The notes under the pieces are model-generated. The model had not been told where the DNA came from, ran no database searches, and saw only the letters and a program-made list of their open reading frames with translations. Below, piece by piece: positions 17,343-24,379 of a DNA stretch of 24,379 bases. Both the position numbers and the translations under genes were made by a program. Source of the DNA: a virus (Duplodnaviria > Caudoviricetes); IMG/VR virus record IMGVR_UViG_3300020045_010362, positions 1-24,379 of that record; one strand, given 5' to 3'. How positions within the stretch are numbered: position 1 is the stretch's first letter; the number at the start of each line of letters is the position of its first letter.

Positions 17343-17880
17343 AAATAATTAATGTGTTGCCTTCAGTTACAACCATGTTTCCTTTCCACTCATCTACAGC
17401 TTTTTTAGCTCCTTCACAACATCTATAGTCATCCATGATTATAAAGGTGCCTGGTTTTATGTGTTTGTGGTATTCCAGATACTCTAGAACCTGTTTATAA
17501 CTAGCATAATAGTCGCAATCCAGGTAAACTACAGAGAAAACAAGACCTTCCGGGATATTGGGTAAGGTATCTACAAACCGACCTTTTTGTACAATAATAT
17601 TAGGAAATTGAGCTAAGAATGCTAGTACATCAATAGTGGGTTTGAATTTACCTGGTGGATTATCATAGTCTACTTTTTGGTCATAGTCTTCCCCCGGTAT
17701 ACCTTCAAATGTATCAAAAGCCCAGGTTGGACGACCATCAAGGGCGGCCAACCGTGCTACATGACCGCCGTTGTAACAACCAAATTCAGCGAAGTCGCCT
17801 GGAATCAGCCTACCTAGATTTTTTTCAACTAACCCAATATAGTTACATAGGACATCGGGCCATTTACTAATATCAGGCAT
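17332..17880 (-). CDS. TylF/MycF-family (macrocin-type) sugar O-methyltransferase
   Basis: PGDFAEFGCYNG, FDTFEGIP, KGRFVDTLP, VYLDCDYYAS and IIMDDY. Confidence 0.9.
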   Translation of the reverse strand: MPDISKWPDVLCNYIGLVEKNLGRLIPGDFAEFGCYNGGHVARLAALDGRPTWAFDTFEGIPGEDYDQKVDYDNPPGKFKPTIDVLAFLAQFPNIIVQKGRFVDTLPNIPEGLVFSVVYLDCDYYASYKQVLEYLEYHKHIKPGTFIIMDDYRCCEGAKKAVDEWKGNMVVTEGNTLIIYGR

Positions 17881-18265
17881 AGTAGGCTGAGGGTTGACCT
17901 TTCTCGTTATAGCACCACTGAGCGGGCACAGATCTACAGTCTATATGCAAATAACCTTGGTGATCATTACGGCCTATACCTTTAACCAAGACACATCTAT
18001 TTGCTATATCCTCCAGTTCTTTAGCTGTTTTACCCTGAATCGAAATATCTGCCGCTAAACCGTAGACATGCTGGGAATTTTTAGCACCCCCAATTTTTTG
18101 GTTATGGGCTGGACAACGATAGGCACTATGAACTAGCACTGGAACGTCTCCCGCATTGGCACGGAATTGTTCTAGAGCTGCTACCAATACCCCTTTACAG
18201 TTATTTAGATGACAATGCGGGCAAGCCAGTTCACTATGATTGAAGTTTATTGATGTAGAACCCAT
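17873..18265 (-). CDS. Peptidase M15 family Zn D-Ala-D-Ala peptidase (candidate endolysin)
   Basis: SAYRCPAHNQKIGGAKNSQHVYGLAADI...YLHIDCR. Confidence 0.9.
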   Translation of the reverse strand: MGSTSINFNHSELACPHCHLNNCKGVLVAALEQFRANAGDVPVLVHSAYRCPAHNQKIGGAKNSQHVYGLAADISIQGKTAKELEDIANRCVLVKGIGRNDHQGYLHIDCRSVPAQWCYNEKGQPSAYYA

Positions 18266-18645
18266 TAGAAATTACCCCTACCCCCCAGTCTAACTGCTCT
18301 ATACATAATATTACGAACAAACCAATTCACACCTAACGCCTGCATAGCATCCCGGAAGATATTATCGGCATCCAACTTGGTATATACTTTAGTGGCATGT
18401 GGAATCTTACCACCCATAACATAGATGTAGTCATGGATAACCGCTGCCTTACCATATTTACCAGTTGGAGGAAGGATATTCCAGAAAATACGCGGAATAC
18501 TGGCAAAGTCAGTAACAAATCCAGCGGGTACTCTAATTAAATCCCCCTCTTCTGGACTAGTAACGTAGTAATCAAAAGCCTGCATTATCTTGTAAGCTTC
18601 CCCATCAGTATATTCAACTACTAGTGGTGTAGTAAATGAACTCAT
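18265..18645 (-). CDS. DUF1353 family protein
   Basis: VPAGFVTDFASIPR...AAVIHDYIY...ADNIFRDAM...MYRAVRLGG. Confidence 0.9.
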   Translation of the reverse strand: MSSFTTPLVVEYTDGEAYKIMQAFDYYVTSPEEGDLIRVPAGFVTDFASIPRIFWNILPPTGKYGKAAVIHDYIYVMGGKIPHATKVYTKLDADNIFRDAMQALGVNWFVRNIMYRAVRLGGRGNF

Positions 18646-18668
18646 ATCTAATCTCCTAGTTCATTTTA

Positions 18669-19019
18669 TCAAATATTAGCGAGAGCTTTTGCAATCCTCT
18701 CAACAACCTGTTCGTGCCAGTCTTCGGATACATCTTTTCCAACTATTGGAGTTATAATGATATGTAGAAGTTCATGGTATAAGGTCGCCTCTAAATTATC
18801 AAAACCCAACCCTTCCTCATGGTTATGAGCTGGATTAAGTACTCTCACCACAGCTTCTAAGTTACGAAAACTGTATCGACATTCGGCTACTCGACCCGGT
18901 TCAATCTCCCCAGCATCCACAACATGTAGTATAATATTCCAATCTTGGAGACGTAATCGTTTTTGACATTTACGTAAAATCGAATCAATCTTTCTATACA
19001 TCGAGTGGGTCTTTTTCAT
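18669..19019 (-). CDS. Small zincin-like HEXXH protein
   Basis: LEATLYHELLH with a downstream Glu (HEQVVE); LRLQDWNI. Confidence 0.7.
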   Translation of the reverse strand: MKKTHSMYRKIDSILRKCQKRLRLQDWNIILHVVDAGEIEPGRVAECRYSFRNLEAVVRVLNPAHNHEEGLGFDNLEATLYHELLHIIITPIVGKDVSEDWHEQVVERIAKALANI

Positions 19020-19506
19020 ATCGTTTTAGTATCCGTTCAATTAAGTCAGTAGTATGTAGCTTTCCCTCCCGAACTAGCATTTTTTTAACATTATAACGGG
19101 ATGGTTTACCAGAGTAGTCGGCACCTTGAACCCTTAAATCAGGCTTGAGGTAGTGGATTAACCAAGTCATGTCTGCTTTGTTGTCGATAGGGACAATATA
19201 GTTGATGGGCATGTAGTTTAGACAGGCTGCCCGCTCGGCAAAGGTCAGGATGGGTCGTTTATTACCTTTCTCTCGTTTGATTTTGTCATCGGTATCAAGT
19301 GCACATACTAAAGTGCCTGCTTTATGAGCGGCGGCAAAAATTAGGCGCATTCGAGGGGCCGTTAGAATATCGTAAGCACCGTTAATTAGAACTACCGGAG
19401 ATTTGAGGGTGAGGGATTGGAAGTCTTTAGGACGAACCCACTCAATATCCTCCTGTTGTCGCTCACGGTGGAAGTAATAGTTTTTAAACCTGGTGGGGGT
19501 TGTCAT
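18994..19506 (-). CDS. HldE/RfaE domain II-like nucleotidyltransferase with degenerate HxGH motif
   Basis: VLINGAYDIL, LVCALDTD..IKREKGNKRPI...ERA, LKPDLRVQGADY and TTDLIERI. Confidence 0.8.
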   Translation of the reverse strand: MTTPTRFKNYYFHRERQQEDIEWVRPKDFQSLTLKSPVVLINGAYDILTAPRMRLIFAAAHKAGTLVCALDTDDKIKREKGNKRPILTFAERAACLNYMPINYIVPIDNKADMTWLIHYLKPDLRVQGADYSGKPSRYNVKKMLVREGKLHTTDLIERILKRYEKDPLDV

Positions 19507-19979
19507 TGTTTGAATGTATAGCCGAATCCAACTTCATATAATTTTGGGGTTCCTTCCATACCATTGATTTTAAGGACTCGAAATCCCCCAACTGCATACC
19601 AGTTTTTGGTTAATCGAAAGGTACCAATTGATCCGGTAGATCCCGCGAGGCCGGAACTAATACTACTACTTGCCCCACCTATATCAAATAGTCCCATCAC
19701 TGTTAGTCGTCCGATCTTTTTGAGAGGAGTGGCCAGTCCAGTGCGTATGCTAGTTTGAATAGTGAAGGGACGTTTGGATGAACTAGTGATATCTTCGGTG
19801 GTAAACCAGTACAATTCCTGCTTCTCGTTGATAAGATATCCATAAGATGCCCAGCCCGAAGCTTGTGGGGTTGTGTAGGGATTCCAGCCTGCTCCAGCAG
19901 CTACGAAACTCTGAGGGGTAGCAGACTGGCCGAAGGCCATGGCTGCGGTAACTAGGAAACTAAGTAATATCTTTTTCAT
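19503..19979 (-). CDS. Secreted, probable small outer-membrane beta-barrel protein
   Basis: Signal peptide MKKILLSFLVTAAMAFG|Q; amphipathic strands; near-terminal YEVGFGYTF. Confidence 0.6.
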   Translation of the reverse strand: MKKILLSFLVTAAMAFGQSATPQSFVAAGAGWNPYTTPQASGWASYGYLINEKQELYWFTTEDITSSSKRPFTIQTSIRTGLATPLKKIGRLTVMGLFDIGGASSSISSGLAGSTGSIGTFRLTKNWYAVGGFRVLKINGMEGTPKLYEVGFGYTFKQ

Positions 19980-19980
19980 A

Positions 19981-20829
19981 CTATTGTCCTAATGTATCTC
20001 GGCAAACATGCATAAACCAGGAAGGATTGGCAGAACTTATCGCAATATAACGACCACCAGCCGATATAGCAGGTTTGATTGCTGAGAATGACTCAGAAGC
20101 TTCAGGATTAAAGGCAGCTTCGTCTGAGAACATAGCTGAAGGATGATACTGACGAACCTTTGTCGAACCTTTCGGAAGACCCAGGATCTCACTTTGCAGG
20201 GTAGGAATCTTAAGGATACCAGCTTTATTAGAACCTTCAGCAACATGAGCTTTATGTACATTGCGTAACCATTCCGGTTGATTTTTCCACATGGTCATGG
20301 ACCTATCCACTAGGTCCCGAGTTCTAGTTGCATCTTCGGATTGATACAGGATTTGACGGCCTTTATGGAAGATGGCATCCCAGGTAAGGAACGCTATAAC
20401 GGACCAAGTGCCTAGCATATCTCGACTCTTCTCTAGGACTACCAATTTCTCGGTAAGAAAGGTGTTAATAATGGGTTCGACGTAAGGGAGAATTGGGAAA
20501 GGTCGGACAGTTGGCATTTCAGTAAAGTATCGTTTTAGATCCCCCTCTTTATGAGCTTCGATCTTGTGGTGAATTAGTAGATGTAGTGATCGTTTATCAA
20601 AGTGATGAGCCTCAGTGTCCCCACAAAGACTACATTGATGCATAGCTTTAGGATCTTTGGTGTAAGCGTAGGGAATTGGGTGACGGGATTTATCGAGCCA
20701 ATACATGATGTCTTCGGAGCAACGGGCAAACTCCTCCTGACCGATCTTAACCAGGGCAACTCGTTGTTGAGTAGGACTCATACGCTTGAGCCGCTCGATC
20801 ATATCGATGGAGAGGTAGGGTTCTATCAC
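19981..20829 (-). CDS. terL: Terminase large subunit, ATPase domain as a stand-alone gene
   Basis: Walker A-like VVLEKSRDMLGTW, Walker B AMFSDEAAF, coupling motif ISSAN. Ends at 282 aa with no nuclease domain. Confidence 0.85.
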   Translation of the reverse strand: MIEPYLSIDMIERLKRMSPTQQRVALVKIGQEEFARCSEDIMYWLDKSRHPIPYAYTKDPKAMHQCSLCGDTEAHHFDKRSLHLLIHHKIEAHKEGDLKRYFTEMPTVRPFPILPYVEPIINTFLTEKLVVLEKSRDMLGTWSVIAFLTWDAIFHKGRQILYQSEDATRTRDLVDRSMTMWKNQPEWLRNVHKAHVAEGSNKAGILKIPTLQSEILGLPKGSTKVRQYHPSAMFSDEAAFNPEASESFSAIKPAISAGGRYIAISSANPSWFMHVCRDTLGQ

Positions 20830-21194
20830 AGAGGTCGGGAATCTTCTTTGCGGACTACATCCTCGTCGGAATGGGTAGTCGAGACTTCCAGTACAAGTGC
20901 TCGGTCATTCGTAGCAGACCAGAAACGATGATATGTGCCGGGAGTTAAACGATAAATCTCTCCCTCAACTAATTGATTTACTAAAAACCCATCTGGAGAA
21001 GTAGGATGTTCAACTTCTAAATTGACTTGACCCTCCAAAACAAAGAATGTCTCATCCTTGATTGGGTGCATATGGAGAGAGCATTGCCAGCCGGGGTTGA
21101 TAGCCAGGACTTTAGTACAATACTTATCGTTATTGATGATCCAAAATTCTCGACCCCAAAGCTTTTTAACTTCTTTATACTTATCGAGTTTCAT
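20826..21194 (-). CDS. Cupin-domain sugar isomerase-like protein (mannose-6-phosphate isomerase / D-lyxose isomerase type)
   Basis: KLWGRE, SLHMHPIKDETFFVLEG, PGTYHRF and LEVST. Confidence 0.85.
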   Translation of the reverse strand: MKLDKYKEVKKLWGREFWIINNDKYCTKVLAINPGWQCSLHMHPIKDETFFVLEGQVNLEVEHPTSPDGFLVNQLVEGEIYRLTPGTYHRFWSATNDRALVLEVSTTHSDEDVVRKEDSRPL

Positions 21195-21197
21195 TTC

Positions 21198-21335
21198 TTA
21201 CCTCGTTCTATCCATTCTTTCACAGGTGGCCACATGGGAATTGAACTCATCAAGATCGGTGTAATAATCAAAACAATGGGGACATACAAAGTATCCATAT
21301 GTACCATCCTTAGGTAACTGATAGGATCTCGCCAT
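21198..21335 (-). CDS. Small C2HC zinc-finger protein
   Basis: FVCPHCFDYYTDLDEFNSHVATC. Start reassigned to ATG 21335 to reduce overlap with the kinase gene. Confidence 0.55.
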   Translation of the reverse strand: MARSYQLPKDGTYGYFVCPHCFDYYTDLDEFNSHVATCERMDRTR

Positions 21336-22107
21336 GATCTGCGGTACCCGTGTATGGCTTTCCCACCACAACGGCACATGCACGGGCCGCAAATTCAAGA
21401 GCATCTTTCGGTTCTTTACCACTGAGGATCGCATATGTGTAAGCTGCTACTGCTGTGTCTCCCGCTCCTGATACATTATTGACTCGTTTTGCTAGTGCTG
21501 GTTGGTGGATGCTGGTAGATCGATTCTGATATGTCATACCATGCTCAGACATTTTTAGGACTTTAACTGGCATTGCATCGTAAGCTGCTGTAAATTGGGC
21601 ATACTCTTTCACATTGGGAAAGAAGGTGGCTTGACGAGCTAGAATCCCATAAGCAGTCGGGGAACTTTTGGTGTCTATGAATATCTTTTTGTCTCGGGTT
21701 TTATCGCCTACAATAGCTACTAATTCTGAGGTAATAGCACCCTTGTTATAGTCACTGATAACCACCCCATCAATACCCTCAAAGAGATGATTAATGGCGG
21801 TGGAGTTATTAAATTTGATAGGATCTACACTATCATATTGGTCCCAACGGGCTATTTGAATACTATTAGCTACTAATCGATTTTTAATTGGGTAGTGACC
21901 AGGCTGATATAATTCCCGGACTTGGCATCCAAGTACTCGTAAGTTCTCGGCCACATTAGCTGCCCCACCCATAAATTGTAGGGGCTCATCCTCTATTTTA
22001 ACTACCGGTAAAGGAGCCTCTGGCGATAACCGAGAGGCACTACCAAGCCAATACCTATCAATAAATTTTTCACCAATAACTAATACTTTAGGGGCAGACA
22101 TGCTCAT
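21310..22107 (-). CDS. HldE/RfaE domain I-like D-glycero-D-manno-heptose-7-phosphate kinase (PfkB family)
   Basis: VLVIGEKFIDRYWLGSASRLSPEAPLPVV, GGAANVAENL, SDYNKG and VSGAGDT. Start likely ATG 22107 or 22101. Confidence 0.9.
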   Translation of the reverse strand: MSMSAPKVLVIGEKFIDRYWLGSASRLSPEAPLPVVKIEDEPLQFMGGAANVAENLRVLGCQVRELYQPGHYPIKNRLVANSIQIARWDQYDSVDPIKFNNSTAINHLFEGIDGVVISDYNKGAITSELVAIVGDKTRDKKIFIDTKSSPTAYGILARQATFFPNVKEYAQFTAAYDAMPVKVLKMSEHGMTYQNRSTSIHQPALAKRVNNVSGAGDTAVAAYTYAILSGKEPKDALEFAARACAVVVGKPYTGTADHGEILSVT

Positions 22108-22276
22108 CCATAATTGATTGATTTTTGTTCCAGTCCCAGATTTGGTAACCACAGTCGCATTCTAGGTAGGCTGGACTTCGCACAAACCTTTTCCACTTTT
22201 TACCAACTCTAACAGTTAATTTAGTGATGGGTGGTTTTAATCCTTGTATTTGATTTCCTTGTTCAGTTGTTTCCAT
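22088..22276 (-). CDS. Possible small Cys/His protein
   Basis: Fills the gap between neighbours; CDCG...HVC motif. Overlaps both flanking genes. Confidence 0.45.
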   Translation of the reverse strand: METTEQGNQIQGLKPPITKLTVRVGKKWKRFVRSPAYLECDCGYQIWDWNKNQSIMDEHVCP

Positions 22277-22452
22277 TGGGTTTGAACTTCTTTCCAGGCA
22301 AGTATTTCAGTAGCGTTGACTATGTGCGGGGAAGGGGTTTGGAAGGTACTGATCCAACGATTATAAGCAGTAGCAAAGTTATTGGCAGCCGTCCGGGGAT
22401 CAGAACCGGACGGACTTGCCAACAGGACTAACAAAGCCACTACTCGCCACAT
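22237..22452 (-). CDS. Small protein with hydrophobic N-terminus
   Basis: MWRVVALLVLLAS; TAATG-coupled to the upstream gene. Confidence 0.65.
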   Translation of the reverse strand: MWRVVALLVLLASPSGSDPRTAANNFATAYNRWISTFQTPSPHIVNATEILAWKEVQTQWKQLNKEIKYKD

Positions 22453-22976
22453 TACACGGTGAGACTACGCACCCGCATTAGTACTTCCATTAAAGCGTCG
22501 TGTTCTTCCTGGGATAGACCAGCGCCCCCAGTAGAGGGAGGAACGGGTTTAGCACCTTTGCGAATCCATACTTCGGGAAAGAAAATACCTACACGGACTA
22601 CAACTAAATACTCATCGGCTGCCAAAGCACGGCAGGGACGTGGGGCATACGGAAATACTACCCCGTCCATACTGGGATTGGTTTGGATGTTGGGAACCTG
22701 TGCCCATTCTTTAGGGACATAGTATGGGATGAGTCTAGGGTTGTCGGTATCCCTAATCAAATAGTAAGCCTCAATATCGCCGGGAATTACAGCAGTATCA
22801 GTTTTCCAAGTCTGTTGTTTGCGTTGGTAATTAAATTTGGGGGTGCCATCCGGATTGGTGGGCATATCAGTAGTCCAATGGGGGGTATCAATGATACCAG
22901 GCAGCCGTAGGACCTCTTCGGCAGGTCCCAGCAAAGTAGTATCTTTAGGATCATAAACTTCAATATCAACGGGCAT
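22452..22976 (-). CDS. Pro-rich hypothetical protein
   Basis: 174-aa ORF with AAGGAG RBS. Confidence 0.75.
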   Translation of the reverse strand: MPVDIEVYDPKDTTLLGPAEEVLRLPGIIDTPHWTTDMPTNPDGTPKFNYQRKQQTWKTDTAVIPGDIEAYYLIRDTDNPRLIPYYVPKEWAQVPNIQTNPSMDGVVFPYAPRPCRALAADEYLVVVRVGIFFPEVWIRKGAKPVPPSTGGAGLSQEEHDALMEVLMRVRSLTV

Positions 22977-22987
22977 TGCTAATCTCC

Positions 22988-23302
22988 TTATTGTCTTTTA
23001 GGGGTTTCGATTTCGTTTTCATCTGACCAGGCAATGGGATCTTTCAAATGTTGTAAAGCCATCACCCTCTTACCTTCATACCGGATCATCATTGGCTGCT
23101 GGCCCCCATATCCGTCACCAGTTTCAAAGGGAGTGTTTTTCCAATCCTTGCTTTCGACAATTAGGGCGACCCAGCGAGGTAAGCGAGCAGATACATCTAC
23201 CCGTTTTAGTTCTACATCTAGTGGTAACTCGCCCTCTGTGTAATGGGTGAGTAGGTTTAGAAGGGACTCAGCATCAAATTCTACTAGTCTGGTTTGGCTC
23301 AT
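22988..23302 (-). CDS. Hypothetical protein (probable paralog of 23302-23520)
   Basis: Shared pattern L..Y..GE.P.D...A....S..W/F; TAATG overlap. Confidence 0.75.
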   Translation of the reverse strand: MSQTRLVEFDAESLLNLLTHYTEGELPLDVELKRVDVSARLPRWVALIVESKDWKNTPFETGDGYGGQQPMMIRYEGKRVMALQHLKDPIAWSDENEIETPKRQ

Positions 23303-23520
23303 TAAACAGCGTAGACTCTCTTATTACGGAAATTTACGACCAAAGAAGGGCTATCAGGCTTGAACGAGTCAGAAATCAACTCGATGGCCAAACGACCCTT
23401 CTCTTCAGGTCGTATGAGGAGACGGAGGGGCATTGCGTCGGTAGGGATATCTTCACCACAATAGTCTTTGAGTAATTCTACTATGGTATCTATAGTTACG
23501 ATTACGAATCTTTCACGCAT
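23302..23520 (-). CDS. Hypothetical protein
   Basis: 72-aa ATG ORF within the operon. Confidence 0.7.
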   Translation of the reverse strand: MRERFVIVTIDTIVELLKDYCGEDIPTDAMPLRLLIRPEEKGRLAIELISDSFKPDSPSLVVNFRNKRVYAV

Positions 23521-23542
23521 GCGGCTGAGTGGCTAACCAGAG

Positions 23543-23746
23543 TTAGTACGGCTTACCCTCCGGGGTACAGACATGGGAGTCAGGGGCATTACCCTGGGGA
23601 ACCGGTCGTTTGGCTGAGTCCTGGTTGTTGTTATCGGTACCATTACCGATGTTACCGGCGGACCGAATTTGAGGTACCGCAGCCGGACCGACCTTACGGA
23701 TACCAGGCATCGGACGGGCACCGCCATCATTGTTATAATCTGCCAT
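23543..23746 (-). CDS. Small disordered Gly/Pro/Asn-rich protein
   Basis: GGAGG RBS upstream; 2 nt after the previous stop codon. Confidence 0.65.
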   Translation of the reverse strand: MADYNNDGGARPMPGIRKVGPAAVPQIRSAGNIGNGTDNNNQDSAKRPVPQGNAPDSHVCTPEGKPY

Positions 23747-23748
23747 AA

Positions 23749-23955
23749 TTACTTTCCTCCTTCATGATTAGGGCCAGGAGTCGGAAGCTCCATGGCGGTT
23801 TGGATTGCATCAGGGGTCACACCTTTATTGGTTTGGGCGCAGGTATAACATTTGGTTTCCCCACCAGCCAAGGGCACTGCACAGTGCGGACACCGTTTAA
23901 AAGGCCGGGGAGCCATATTGGGCATGTTGCTATACCCATTTTCAACTTTTCTCAT
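23749..23955 (-). CDS. Small Zn-ribbon protein
   Basis: CPHC...CYTC; ATG 23955 in a TAATG overlap with GAGGAG upstream. Confidence 0.7.
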   Translation of the reverse strand: MRKVENGYSNMPNMAPRPFKRCPHCAVPLAGGETKCYTCAQTNKGVTPDAIQTAMELPTPGPNHEGGK

Positions 23956-24125
23956 TAGCAATACTCCTCGTCACTATTATAACCTACTTGCTTTTCAAGT
24001 GTTTCTAACCGATCCAGCAGTAGTTCTGTTACTTGTGATAATTGGTCAATCAGGTACAAAAGTGCGGAGTCCCGATCTTTTAGTGACATTTGGTTAAAAT
24101 CGGTTGCGGATGGCACCATAGTCAT
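23955..24125 (-). CDS. 56-aa coiled-coil-like protein absent from the ORF track
   Basis: MTMVPSATDFNQMSLKDRDSALLYLIDQLSQVTELLLDRLETLEKQVGYNSDEEYC; ATGA overlap upstream and TAATG overlap downstream. Confidence 0.65.
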   Translation of the reverse strand: MTMVPSATDFNQMSLKDRDSALLYLIDQLSQVTELLLDRLETLEKQVGYNSDEEYC

Positions 24126-24379
24126 AGTTTGACCGGCATCTCTCGAACCTTATGATTTTCCTGTTCATGTAGGTAATGTGCCCTATGAACCTCCATAACG
24201 GTTACTTCGGCCATAGAAGCCGACCCTCTACAGATAGGAGTAATGACCCCGCCCTTGGGGAGGTGATCCGACCTAAGGCGGAACTTGGCAACGGGTTCAT
24301 TACAGACTGGGCATTGCACCATTTTTATAGCAAGGAGGGGAGCTGTACATCCGGGACACTTTGCCAATCCAATCTCTGG
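24122..24379 (-). CDS. Zn-finger protein, 5'-partial
   Basis: CPGC and CPVC motifs; the frame stays open to the window edge. Confidence 0.65.
   Translation of the reverse strand, partial: PEIGLAKCPGCTAPLLAIKMVQCPVCNEPVAKFRLRSDHLPKGGVITPICRGSASMAEVTVMEVHRAHYLHEQENHKVREMPVKL

Noticed and set aside
16760-19980. Group I/II intron or mobile element splitting terL
   Set aside because: The interval is fully occupied by coupled ORFs, with no endonuclease, RT or transposase and no room for a ribozyme core.
23976-23998. Promoter TTGAAA...TATAAT on the minus strand
   Set aside because: The spacer is only 11 nt and the site lies inside the 56-aa ORF.
1125-24097. Plus-strand and alternative-frame ORFs in the track (e.g. 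6453-6974, 7565-7969, 13568-13909)
   Set aside because: They are shadows of longer, motif-bearing minus-strand genes and have no recognisable motifs.

Overview
Tailed-phage (Caudoviricetes) DNA-packaging and head-morphogenesis region. Almost all genes are on the minus strand in a tightly packed operon with many TAATG/ATGA stop-start overlaps. Read right to left: small Zn-finger and hypothetical genes; HldE-type heptose kinase; cupin; terminase ATPase half; seven intervening genes (beta-barrel-like secreted protein, HldE-type nucleotidyltransferase with a degenerate HxGH motif, HEXXH protein, DUF1353, M15 peptidase, TylF and class I methyltransferases); terminase nuclease half; portal; a ~9 kb block of fibre-like, Ser/Thr-rich and signal-peptide-bearing proteins; small head protein; scaffold; N4-gp56-like major capsid; capsid-associated protein; a perfect sigma70 promoter overlapping a hairpin, followed by a structured leader; and a methyltransferase-like/GT9 glycosyltransferase gene. 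Bases 1-871 look rearranged: an exact 121-bp copy of 2152-2272 is joined to an inverted GT9 fragment, probably an amplification or assembly chimera. Best candidates for new biology: a phage-encoded heptose activation/methylation/transfer set next to Ser/Thr-repeat virion proteins (possible virion heptosylation), a terminase split by 3.2 kb, and fibre-like genes carrying Sec signal peptides. All family calls come from motif recognition by eye; no searches were run.
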